Assembly (NCBI GenBank): GCA_965248535.1
Contig: CBDFJR010000002.1
Coordinates: 544,001-608,000 of the forward strand
DNA length: 64,000 nucleotides
Direction of reading: 5' to 3'
DNA from: Phormidesmis sp.
GTDB taxonomy: Bacteria; Cyanobacteriota; Cyanobacteriia; Leptolyngbyales; Leptolyngbyaceae
A program made the position numbers and the translations under genes. The stretch's first letter is position 1. Each line of letters starts with the position of its first letter. The notes under the pieces are model-generated. The model searched no databases and was not told where the DNA came from. It saw only the letters and a program-made list of their open reading frames with translations. Shown in pieces: positions 49,952 to 59,249 of the stretch.

Positions 49952-50902
49952 ATGGTCTCTCCGCCCCCTCAACATCAGCCTCTCTCTGAGGTGCAAAGCA
50001 GCTTGGCTCCCCACGGAATTGGATATCGGATCAAGCTGCTCTCCCAACTATCAGGGCGCAAATTTCAAGAACGCTTAGAACCCTTTGGCTTAACGCCGTT
50101 TCATTGGGTGGTGCTCTGCTGTCTGTGGCAAGAAGACGGGCTGACAACCTCGACCTTGGGCGATCGCTTGCAGCAAGTCGGCGGCACATTAACCGGAGTG
50201 CTCGATCGCATGGCCGAGCGCACCCTAATTCGCCGTGAGCGAGATCCCCACGATCGTCGAGTTTGGCGGATTTGGCTCACCGATGAGGGTCGAAAATTAC
50301 AGCAGATCTTGCCTCCGATCGCCGTCGAACTGCGTGAAGCGGCGTTACAAAATATCTCCCATGCCGACCGAGAACATCTGTCTCAACTGCTCGATCGGAT
50401 GCTCGTCAATGTGCAGCGATTTGTGGTTTCAAACTCTGAAAAGCTGCCCCTTTCAGATTCCCCCAGACAGGGCTGGCAAGAGATTTTAGCGCCTCATAGT
50501 TTGGGATATCGCCTTAAGCTGTTAGCTCAATTGGTGACCCGCAGTTTTCAAGACCGTCTAGAGCCGATCGGGTTAACGCCGTTTCACTGGGTGGTGCTCT
50601 GCTGCCTGTGGCAAGAAGACGGGCTGGCCACCTCAAATATTAGCGATCAGCTTCAGCAGGTCGGCGGCACGTTAACCGGAGTGCTCGATCGCATGGCCGA
50701 GCGCAACCTGATTCGTCGTGAGCGCGATCCCCACGATCGCCGAGTTTGGCGCATCAGACTCACCCCGGCAGGGCAAGAACTCAGCCAAGTGTTGCCCCCG
50801 ATCGCGATCGCGGTAGTTCAAGAAACCATGCAGGGCATTTCTGCCTCTGAGCAAGCGCAGTTTTCGCAGTGGGTCGATGTGTCGATCGTCAATCTAACGT
50901 AA
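49952..50902 (+). CDS. Tandem double-MarR transcriptional regulator
   Basis: Two near-identical domains GLTPFHWVVLCCLWQEDG...GGTLTGVLDRMAER...DRRVWRI.LT. Confidence 0.92.
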   Translation: MVSPPPQHQPLSEVQSSLAPHGIGYRIKLLSQLSGRKFQERLEPFGLTPFHWVVLCCLWQEDGLTTSTLGDRLQQVGGTLTGVLDRMAERTLIRRERDPHDRRVWRIWLTDEGRKLQQILPPIAVELREAALQNISHADREHLSQLLDRMLVNVQRFVVSNSEKLPLSDSPRQGWQEILAPHSLGYRLKLLAQLVTRSFQDRLEPIGLTPFHWVVLCCLWQEDGLATSNISDQLQQVGGTLTGVLDRMAERNLIRRERDPHDRRVWRIRLTPAGQELSQVLPPIAIAVVQETMQGISASEQAQFSQWVDVSIVNLT

Positions 50903-52441
50903 TCAATGACTAGACTCGTGACGCTCTAAGTCTGCTGCAATCTTAACTTTGAGCTTCTCAAATTCTCCTTTGAGAACGTCTTTGCTGAGAATGGGTTGCC
51001 CGATCGATCGCCAAGTTCGACTCTCGATCGCCCAAGTTTGCAGTTGAGACAGTTGAGAATCATTCAGCGTGACTTGCATCACATAGGCGCAGTGCTGAGG
51101 ATCTTCAATGGCAAAAAACAGCACATAATATTGTTTACGCTCGACCAGCAGCCGAATGATTTGCTGACCCTCGGCCGCCTTCAAATCTAAATAGCAGCGC
51201 AGCCAGCGCGGGCCCATTTTTTTGTGATGCAGTTGATTATAGAGAGCGGTCATCCACAGCAGCATCGGGTGGGGCGACATGCAGCACAAAAAGTTTTTAT
51301 AAAGCTTGTTATAAAGCTTGCCTAACTGAATGTTCTCAATCTCCTGCTGTTGCAGCATCACCCAAACTGTGGCAATCTCTTCTCGCTTTGTTTTCAACAC
51401 ATGGGGAAAGACGATCTGAGCAACGGGCTTGTTTTGGGGCCAGGTCGTCAGTTGACACGCTTCATCAGGCGAAAGCGTTTCAGGATCGCGAACAGGAGCC
51501 GCCACCGGACGTTTTAGCAGCGCTTCACCAATGCGTTGACTGATCTGACGAGTCGCGTTATAGCGTTGCTCTAGTGGCTCTAGCGCTTTTAAAACTTCGC
51601 CCACAGTTTGAGGACGATCGTTGGCTGACTTGGCCAGACAACTCATCACTAGGCTCTCTAAAACTTTAGGCACCTTCAGATTGGGATTGACCACTTCAAA
51701 GCTGCGCGGTAGCTGAAAGTGATGAGTTTTATACCAACTGCCAAAGGAATGGGTTTCTGCCTGAAGGGGCATTTTGCCCGTGAGCATCTCAAACAGCATC
51801 ACCCCCAGCCCATAAATGTCCGATCGAGAATCCAGTTCCTTGCCTTCCATCTGCTCAGGCGACGAGTAGGCCAGCGTGCCCATAAATGAACTGGTTTGAT
51901 TGGCATCAGCTTGGAGAATCTTAGCAATTCCAAAGTCTAAAATCTTGACTAACTCGCCCCAACTGGGGTCTTGACTGACCAAAATATTGCTGGGTTTGAC
52001 ATCTCGGTGAATGATCGGGTAGATCGAGCCATCAATGGCAATGCCCTGATGGGCGCACTGAAGCCCCTGGCAAATTTGACGAGCGATGCTGAGAAATCTC
52101 GGCAGCGGCAGGTTTTGAGTGGTGATCACCTCACTGAGACTGTGGCCCTGTAAATATTCCATCACATAGAAAGGCACTCCTTCGTCGTTCACGCCATAGT
52201 CCATGACTCGGACGATGTGCATACTCTTTGTGCTCAAGAGCGCCGAGGTGCGCGCCTCACTGCGAAAGCGATCGCGCATTCGTGGGGTCAAAAGGGTCTG
52301 GGCCAAAAACTTGACGGCGACAATCACGCCGCCGAGCAGCACATCTTCGGCTCTATAAACCTGCCCCATTGCGCCGCGCCCTATCAACTCCATTAGCCGA
52401 TAGCGATTAGTCAATAAGGATTCGCCGTTGGGGTCTGTCAT
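50903..52441 (-). CDS. Ser/Thr protein kinase
   Basis: IGRGAMGQVY, VAVKFL, HRDVKPSN, DFG, YSSPEQ, SDIYGLG. Confidence 0.95.
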   Translation of the reverse strand: MTDPNGESLLTNRYRLMELIGRGAMGQVYRAEDVLLGGVIVAVKFLAQTLLTPRMRDRFRSEARTSALLSTKSMHIVRVMDYGVNDEGVPFYVMEYLQGHSLSEVITTQNLPLPRFLSIARQICQGLQCAHQGIAIDGSIYPIIHRDVKPSNILVSQDPSWGELVKILDFGIAKILQADANQTSSFMGTLAYSSPEQMEGKELDSRSDIYGLGVMLFEMLTGKMPLQAETHSFGSWYKTHHFQLPRSFEVVNPNLKVPKVLESLVMSCLAKSANDRPQTVGEVLKALEPLEQRYNATRQISQRIGEALLKRPVAAPVRDPETLSPDEACQLTTWPQNKPVAQIVFPHVLKTKREEIATVWVMLQQQEIENIQLGKLYNKLYKNFLCCMSPHPMLLWMTALYNQLHHKKMGPRWLRCYLDLKAAEGQQIIRLLVERKQYYVLFFAIEDPQHCAYVMQVTLNDSQLSQLQTWAIESRTWRSIGQPILSKDVLKGEFEKLKVKIAADLERHESSH

Positions 52442-52622
52442 TAAAGGTGAACGATTCTGCACAGGGTGTAGGGAGAGGGTGCCAGTTTTGACCGTCAAAC
52501 TCAGGCTGATAGTCTATTGTAGAGTTTGAGTTTCTCGATTGCCTAGGCTGATTTGGTCAAAACAGTGAGACCCTTCGTAGCTTCAATTATGGACACTCTC
52601 TAGCATAAAGTAACGATAGAAA

Positions 52623-53069
52623 CTACTCTGGCTGACGTTCGAGGGTGGCTTCCATGGCGCTGGTTAAGTAGTGCCCTGACAAAATGCCGCTTGACAGGTA
52701 ATATTTATTGTCATCTAGACGCACCATTGTTTCAAAGCCACTGCGCCGCTGCCGATCGCCCAACACCCAGTAGCGCTGTACGAGAGAGTCAGGGGCAACC
52801 CAGCCTTCTCCTTCGACGCGACCGAGCAGGCTGTGTTGCAGCACAAAGGTGTAGCGCCGCTCTCCAGAGTCTAAGCGCCCTTTATATTGAGAGCTAATTT
52901 CGTCACGATCGGCGTTAGGAAAGACCAACTTGGTAACCATCGTAAACCAGTCATCGCGGCTCCAAACAACAATGGTTTTACCTTTGACCGTGATCGGCAT
53001 CCCGTGGCGTTCTAACCAGCTTCCTTGCAGAGTCCAGCGTCCTGGTTGTATTAAAAAGGTGTGGGTCAC
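52623..53069 (-). CDS. Conserved hypothetical beta-rich protein
   Basis: Intact 148-aa ORF (GRVEGEGW...QRYWVLGD...RSGFET) co-oriented between anmK and the kinase. Confidence 0.75.
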   Translation of the reverse strand: MTHTFLIQPGRWTLQGSWLERHGMPITVKGKTIVVWSRDDWFTMVTKLVFPNADRDEISSQYKGRLDSGERRYTFVLQHSLLGRVEGEGWVAPDSLVQRYWVLGDRQRRSGFETMVRLDDNKYYLSSGILSGHYLTSAMEATLERQPE

Positions 53070-53170
53070 AATGCCATTCCTTGCCTCAATTTAGACCAAC
53101 TAGATGGCTGGCAGATTTGGGGGTCTTATGAGTTTACGCCCGAAGGTGAGCCAGTGAGTCTAATGGCACT

Positions 53171-54322
53171 TTATGCTATCACGCGAGAGTTTTCGCGAGC
53201 GTAGTTAATTTCGCCTAAAAGCACGGCTTTTGCAGCCCCCGTCGCCTCTGGAGAATTACCGGGAATTTTCTGATGTCTCCAGTAGGCTAGGACAGCGAAG
53301 GCGATCGCTTCTTTGAAATCTGCGTTTAAGCCAGCTTCATCCGTCGTGATCACGGTCAGGTCACTCAGTATAAACCGCAGTCTTTGTTTTAAGTACAAAT
53401 TGCGACTGCCGCCTCCGCAGAGCAAAATCTGATCGGGCATTTGTGGCAAAAATGTGCGGTAGCTGTGGGCGATCGAGGCGGCGGTGAACTCGGTGAGGGT
53501 GGCGAGAATATCAGCAGGACTGAGGTGATAGGCCTCGGATTCTCTCAGGCAAGTGTGCAGATAGTCTGGCCCAAAGTGTTCTCGCCCGGTCGATTTGGGC
53601 GGCGGCTGTTGAAAAAAGTCTTGGTGCAGCCAGCGATCGACGAGGGCTTGACAGGGGGTTCCGGTGGCGGCCCAGGCTCCATCTTGGTCGTAGGTTTTGG
53701 CACCCTGCGAGAGGTGCTCAACGGCGAGGTCAATCAGCACGTTGCCGGGGCCAGTGTCCCAGCCGCGGACGGGGCAGAGTGCCGCAGATGTAGCTGGCAA
53801 ATAGGCGACATTGCCAATGCCCCCGATATTTTGAATGCAGCGGCTATAGGTGGGGTGGGTGAGCAGTGCGGCATCGACAGGCGGAACCAGGGGCGCACCG
53901 TGGCCCCCGATCGCGATATCTGCTTCGCGAAAGTTGCTGATGGTGGTGATGCCTGTCTGATCGGCGATCGCTGCGCCGCGCCCTAACTGAAGGCTATAGC
54001 CTAAATTTTGTTGGAGCGGGGGCTGGTGATAGACCGTTTGCCCGTGGGAGCCAATCAGATCAGCGATCGCGTCTGCCTGAATCGATCGGGCAGCTTGGGC
54101 AAACTGAGTGGCGATCGCGTCATCTAACTGAGCAAAGTCTGCCATTGACAGGGCTGCACCGCCACAAACCGCCAAGATTTTTTCTCTCAGGTCAGGAGGA
54201 TAGGGATAGGTTTCTCCGGCTAAAAGCTGGACGGTGAGGTCGTGGGTGGTGCCTGAGATGTCAACCAGCGCTGCATCAATGCCATCGACAGATGTGCCGC
54301 TGATTAATCCGACTACGCGCAT
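53171..54322 (-). CDS. anmK: Anhydro-N-acetylmuramic acid kinase
   Basis: [53 protein letters not shown]. Confidence 0.96.
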   Translation of the reverse strand: MRVVGLISGTSVDGIDAALVDISGTTHDLTVQLLAGETYPYPPDLREKILAVCGGAALSMADFAQLDDAIATQFAQAARSIQADAIADLIGSHGQTVYHQPPLQQNLGYSLQLGRGAAIADQTGITTISNFREADIAIGGHGAPLVPPVDAALLTHPTYSRCIQNIGGIGNVAYLPATSAALCPVRGWDTGPGNVLIDLAVEHLSQGAKTYDQDGAWAATGTPCQALVDRWLHQDFFQQPPPKSTGREHFGPDYLHTCLRESEAYHLSPADILATLTEFTAASIAHSYRTFLPQMPDQILLCGGGSRNLYLKQRLRFILSDLTVITTDEAGLNADFKEAIAFAVLAYWRHQKIPGNSPEATGAAKAVLLGEINYARENSRVIA

Positions 54323-54915
54323 TGGTTTCTTGCTCCCTAACAGATTGCCGCTTCGTTGCAATCGTGACACTCCTCGGACTGAATGTGCGAGGATTCTTGG
54401 CTCTACGAATGACCTTAAAATTCACTATCCTTACGGCAATGCTTAAACCTTTCAACCGGGCTTTTGCCCGCATTGACGAGCTTAACTTAATGAACCCCAG
54501 AGAGTCTATCTCCCCAAGCGTACTAGGATACAAGCCTAGTGTTCGGGCGTGCCCCGCCCTACATTTCCTAACTCCACAATATTATTTAGTTCTCTGGGGG
54601 TGAGATGTGGTTGTTTTAATCCCTAGCTGTTTTAAGAGTCTTCGCTGCTCTTTGCTCAATAGGTTTACGCCTAAAAGTGTGTCTTGCAACCGTTTCACGA
54701 TGGCGAAGGAGTTTAACCCTAGCAGGTCAATCGTACCGCAAGACCGTGCCAGAAGCACAGGATTTTAGACCCATTTTTCTGATAAGCACGTCGATGCGTT
54801 TGATCAAGCACGCGGCTGATGGGGGAGTCTGGAGCTACGTGAGATTGTGGATTTAGTTCACGTTCATAAGGTCTAGCACGATCGCGTCATAGTCCTTTTC
54901 GGTATTACAAACCTG

Positions 54916-56574
54916 TCAATGCCAGACAAAAACCTTGGCTTCGTGTGGGCCTAAATCAGTCATCAGGTGACGATCGCCCACTTGCACATCATAGTTACCC
55001 GTCCATTCGTGCCAGGTGCCGTCTTCAGGAAAATCAGGAACGCTGTAGCCTGCCAAAAACTGGTCTGAGAAGTTGACCACCACCACCACGCGAGACCCCT
55101 CGTTGTTCCAGCGCGTGTAGGCCAACACTTTTGCGTCAGGGTTTTCGTGGAAGAAGGTAATCTGCTCGGTGTAGAGCGCGTGATTTTGTTCACGCAGGGC
55201 AATTAATCCTTTGTAGTAGCCGTGCAGGTTTTGATTTAAGTCGCCGATCAGCAGCGTCCAGTCAATCTTGGCTTGATCTTGGGTTTTGTAGTGATATTCG
55301 CCAAATTCTTCACCCATCCACAGCATCGGGATGCCCACGGCCGTCATTAGCAGCGAGACACCGAGCTTGACGCGACGAAAGGCTTCTTCACCGAGAATGC
55401 CCCGATCGCCCAATTCTGCCATGACGTGATTGTGATCGTGATTGGTCAAATAATTGACGACATTGGTTGCCCCCATAAAGCCCTGACGCTTGCAGTCAAG
55501 CGCGTCTTTGAGCCGCTCTAGATCGAAGGTGTCGCCTGTGATGTGTTCTAAAACGCAGTGATAAAAACTGTCATGCCAACAGCCATCCATCGGGCCGTCA
55601 ATATTCGTGATGCTTGGGGTTTCAGGAATGTGTTCGGCTACGTTGTAAAACGGTTTTGCTCCAGCAGTTGCTTTGGCTTCTTGCACAATCCAGCGCATAA
55701 AGTCATAGTTGGCAATCTGCCGCGCCGCATCATAGCGAATGCCGTCGATGTGAAATTCGCTCACCCAATAGCGAACGACTTCGCCGATAAAGCGACGAGC
55801 CGGATAGGTTTGCAGGTTTTCGTCATATTTTTCATAGTCGAATTCTGGCCCCCAATTGTTGTCGGGGTCACGGGGCTGATGGTGATACCAATAGTCGTGA
55901 TCGATCTGCGTCAACGGGGCAGACGCTTCGGAGTGGTTATAGATTCCGTCCATGATCACGCGCATTCCGCGACCGTGACATTCGTCGATCAGTTGCTTGA
56001 GTTGTGCGGTTTCGCCATAGCTTGACTCGGTGGCAAAGAAGTGACGCGGGTTGTAGCCCCAGCTATAGTCACCAGGATATTCTTTGATGGGCATTAGCTC
56101 GATCGCATTCACGCCCAAATCGCTGAGATAGTCGAGTTTAGCGATCGCGTCTTGATAGGTGCCGCGCCCCTCGTGATTGGCTTCGCCCCCCGAAAAATCA
56201 GCAATGTGTAGTTCATAAATTACAAGCTCGTGATCGGCAGGAAGCGGCTGATCATCATGTCGCCAAACGTAGGTGTCAACGATGCGTTCTCCACCTTTGA
56301 TGTGCGCGATCGCATTCTCAGACGCGCTCATTCCATCGATATCTGTTGCATAAGGGTCAGTGACATCAACCCATTGATCTGGCTCAAAAAACCAGCTTTT
56401 TGACTGAACTCGAAACTTGTATTGATACGTCCCATCTTTGAGGTCAACCTTGACTCGAAAATAGCCATCTTTCCCCTTCTTCATAGGGATTTCTTCCCAG
56501 TTAGAAAAAGAGCCTATTAATGAAACTGCCTGATTATAGGGGGCAAATAAATTGAACTCAATAGGATTTTTCAT
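54916..56574 (-). CDS. GH13 alpha-amylase family glycosyl hydrolase with N-terminal CBM48 (branching-enzyme-like)
   Basis: IYELH, GVNAIELMP, WGYNP, DGIRYDA, VAE, NHD, MLWMGEEF. Confidence 0.92.
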   Translation of the reverse strand: MKNPIEFNLFAPYNQAVSLIGSFSNWEEIPMKKGKDGYFRVKVDLKDGTYQYKFRVQSKSWFFEPDQWVDVTDPYATDIDGMSASENAIAHIKGGERIVDTYVWRHDDQPLPADHELVIYELHIADFSGGEANHEGRGTYQDAIAKLDYLSDLGVNAIELMPIKEYPGDYSWGYNPRHFFATESSYGETAQLKQLIDECHGRGMRVIMDGIYNHSEASAPLTQIDHDYWYHHQPRDPDNNWGPEFDYEKYDENLQTYPARRFIGEVVRYWVSEFHIDGIRYDAARQIANYDFMRWIVQEAKATAGAKPFYNVAEHIPETPSITNIDGPMDGCWHDSFYHCVLEHITGDTFDLERLKDALDCKRQGFMGATNVVNYLTNHDHNHVMAELGDRGILGEEAFRRVKLGVSLLMTAVGIPMLWMGEEFGEYHYKTQDQAKIDWTLLIGDLNQNLHGYYKGLIALREQNHALYTEQITFFHENPDAKVLAYTRWNNEGSRVVVVVNFSDQFLAGYSVPDFPEDGTWHEWTGNYDVQVGDRHLMTDLGPHEAKVFVWH

Positions 56575-56719
56575 ATCACTCCCAAGAATAAAGATTTTTC
56601 TGCACTCAAAACGAAGTGGGTGTATTGTCTAATGATTGTTTAGATCAGCGCATCTTGCTCTCGTGGGATAGTTTTCTGCTCATTGCAGTTTCTCTACCTC
56701 TTGGGGAATAAATCTTTTG

Positions 56720-57442
56720 TTAGAGTTGCCAGCAGGTGAGGGTGCAGGTTTGACGAGAGGTGACGATCGCGCCCACAAAATTTTCTGCGGGCCTGATTTC
56801 TCGAAGGTGCCAGTCTGCAATCTTTCCTTGAGGAACTCTTGTCAAATAGGCTTGATGGGCATCTAGAGAAATCTCTAAGTCTTGCAGCTTTGCGAGACCG
56901 TCGCCTGTTGCTTTGAGATAGGCTTCTTTGCAAGTCCAGTGACGAAAAAAAGCTTGAGACTGTTGACTGGCAGGCAGATTGCAGATCGCCATATGTTCTT
57001 TAGGGGTAAAAAAACGCTGGGTTAAGGCGTTTAAATCGGCGATCGCTCTCATCTCTTCTAAGTCAACGCCGACTGGATAATCGAGGGTAACTGCATAGAG
57101 TGCCAATCCTTGAGAATGTGCGACATTGAACTGCAATCGTTGATTTTCTAAAGCAGGTTTTCCTGTTTTGCTGTAGATCAACTGCACGCGATCGGGGGCG
57201 ATTTGCAGATAGCGACCGAGGAGCGATCGTAGAATCCCCCGTCCGACAATAAATCGCTGTCGATGGTGATCAAACCGCAAGCGATCGGCACGAATTTGTT
57301 CATCCGATGACAGAAATTTGGCAAAAAATTCGATCGCTTCTAACGGCAAATCAAGGGACGATCGCCAGAGGTGAACCTCGTTAGGTTGCAGCCTCAACTC
57401 AGAGGGGGGACGCAGCCAATCGCCTTGATTGTTCGCGCTCAA
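56720..57442 (-). CDS. Sfp/HetI-type 4'-phosphopantetheinyl transferase
   Basis: GKP, FNVAHS, VGVDLE, WTCKEAYLKATGDGL. Confidence 0.93.
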   Translation of the reverse strand: MSANNQGDWLRPPSELRLQPNEVHLWRSSLDLPLEAIEFFAKFLSSDEQIRADRLRFDHHRQRFIVGRGILRSLLGRYLQIAPDRVQLIYSKTGKPALENQRLQFNVAHSQGLALYAVTLDYPVGVDLEEMRAIADLNALTQRFFTPKEHMAICNLPASQQSQAFFRHWTCKEAYLKATGDGLAKLQDLEISLDAHQAYLTRVPQGKIADWHLREIRPAENFVGAIVTSRQTCTLTCWQL

Positions 57443-58116
57443 ACCGATGCAGGCTGTTGATGAATCACCTCTGATTTAGACTGCTCAATCACCGGGGGAC
57501 GCAAGGCAAGATAGGCGATCGCTCCCAACAACGGCACAACTGAAACTGCCCAAAAAATTCGTGGGTCGGTCAATCCTCTCCGGGCCATATCGTCACCCAA
57601 CAGTGTTGGAAACAAAAGACATAACAAACAAAAATCTAAACTCATGACATGAATAAATCGGTTGGTTTGCCACTGGTGCACAAAGTCATTCCAATCGCCT
57701 TGAGTCATGCCATAAACGACCAGCGCGATTGCTGCGATCGCAATCAATGCCCCCGTCCCACGAGAGTCTAATAGCTTGAGAAACCAGCTTTTTTGTCCTG
57801 GAAACGTGGGATTAGATTTGCGAAAAATCAAGTAGGGCAAAATCGCGAAAGCGCCCACCGCAAACGATGCCGTTGAGAACAACCACGCCGGAAGTTTCTG
57901 TCCTTTGCCGTCGAGATACATCACGCAACTGTAGATCATGGGAAACACGCCCATAATATTGAACAACGCCACGATTAAAGGATTAACGCCTTGAATCTGC
58001 CCAGTAGACAGGTTTTTAATTAAGTCGATCGTGTCGGGGCTGTCGGGCGGCGCAAGCAGAAAGGCATAGCTGACAAATCCGACCCAGATCAGGGTGAGGG
58101 CAACTTTTTTGAACAT
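57439..58116 (-). CDS. Conserved membrane protein (DUF2834-like)
   Basis: Several TM helices, FIHVMSLDFCLL, DDMARRG; ATG 58116 preferred. Confidence 0.72.
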   Translation of the reverse strand: MFKKVALTLIWVGFVSYAFLLAPPDSPDTIDLIKNLSTGQIQGVNPLIVALFNIMGVFPMIYSCVMYLDGKGQKLPAWLFSTASFAVGAFAILPYLIFRKSNPTFPGQKSWFLKLLDSRGTGALIAIAAIALVVYGMTQGDWNDFVHQWQTNRFIHVMSLDFCLLCLLFPTLLGDDMARRGLTDPRIFWAVSVVPLLGAIAYLALRPPVIEQSKSEVIHQQPASV

Positions 58117-58158
58117 CAGAATCGAAAATAAGAGAGAGTGATTATATTCTAAAGGCGT

Positions 58159-58488
58159 ATGACCCAAGAGACAGAAGGCTATGGAGTCGTGTTGGTGACG
58201 GCGGGTTCGCGGCAAGAGGCAGAGACGATCGCAGAATCTCTGATTCAGGCAAAACTCGCGGCTTGTGTCACTCTGCTGCCCGTGTTTTCAATTTATACCT
58301 GGCAAGGAACCATGCATCACGACGAAGAGTGGCAACTGCTGATCAAATCTGAACGATCGCGGTTTGACGAACTAGAAGCCAAAATTCGAGACCTCCATTC
58401 TTATCAAGTGCCAGAGATCATCGCGTTGCCGATCGTCGCCGGATCGCTGCCCTACTTGCAGTGGATCTCTAGCCAACTCCAGGAATAA
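58159..58488 (+). CDS. cutA: Divalent-cation tolerance protein CutA
   Basis: LAACV...SIYTWQG...E...LIKS...HSYQVPEII. Confidence 0.95.
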   Translation: MTQETEGYGVVLVTAGSRQEAETIAESLIQAKLAACVTLLPVFSIYTWQGTMHHDEEWQLLIKSERSRFDELEAKIRDLHSYQVPEIIALPIVAGSLPYLQWISSQLQE

Positions 58489-58556
58489 CCGATTTTGCAC
58501 TTTTAGGGCTGTGGTTTTAAATTAAGCTTATTCGCAATTGAGAATCCAAAATCATC

Positions 58557-59042
58557 ATGATCCGCGATGCCGTTGAAGCTGATTTACCCGCGATCGTCAC
58601 CATTTATAACGCTGCGATTCCTTGTCAAATCGTCACCGCAGACCTGATGCCTGTGACGATCGAGAGCCGTCTTGCCTGGTTTGAGGCTCACAACTCTCAC
58701 CGCTATCCACTGTGGGTCACCGACCTTGATGGCGCTGTTGCCGGATGGTTGGGATTTCAGCCGTTTTATGGCAGACCTGCTTACCAAAGCACGGCTGAGT
58801 TAAGCCTCTATATTCATCCTAATTATCAGCGAATGGGGATTGGGCGGAAACTTTTGAAACAAGCGATCGAGACGGCTCCGTCTCTAAAATTAGCCACGTT
58901 GCTAGGGTTTATCTTTGCCGATAATCACCCTAGCCTGAAGCTATTCCAGCAGCTTGAGTTTGAGCAGTGGGGCTATTTGCCCAGAGTGGCCCAGTTTGAC
59001 AAAGGAGAACAGGATTTAGCAGTTCTTGGCAGACGGATCTAG
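58557..59042 (+). CDS. GNAT N-acetyltransferase (phosphinothricin acetyltransferase-like)
   Basis: IYNAAI, GRPAYQSTAELSLY, QRMGIGRKLL, NHPSLKLF. Confidence 0.9.
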   Translation: MIRDAVEADLPAIVTIYNAAIPCQIVTADLMPVTIESRLAWFEAHNSHRYPLWVTDLDGAVAGWLGFQPFYGRPAYQSTAELSLYIHPNYQRMGIGRKLLKQAIETAPSLKLATLLGFIFADNHPSLKLFQQLEFEQWGYLPRVAQFDKGEQDLAVLGRRI

Positions 59043-59176
59043 CGAATCAGGCTACTAAACCTTAGCGTGGGCGATCGGCTGAGAGAAGTTAGTTGATTGT
59101 TGGAATGGTGAATGCAGTTTCAGATCTCCTTCACCTGATTGTTCGAGTCCTTTGAGGACAAACTGTTTAAATTCTC

Positions 59177-59221
59177 GAATCAGTCTATTTGGCACCCTAA
59201 CAGTCCGAAATAGACTGATTC
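59177..59221. terminator. Inverted repeat between convergent genes, probable terminator
   Basis: GAATCAGTCTATTT / AAATAGACTGATTC 14-bp stem followed by TTTTT. Confidence 0.7.
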
Positions 59222-59249
59222 TTTTTATCCTAAAAGGACTGGTCGCCCC

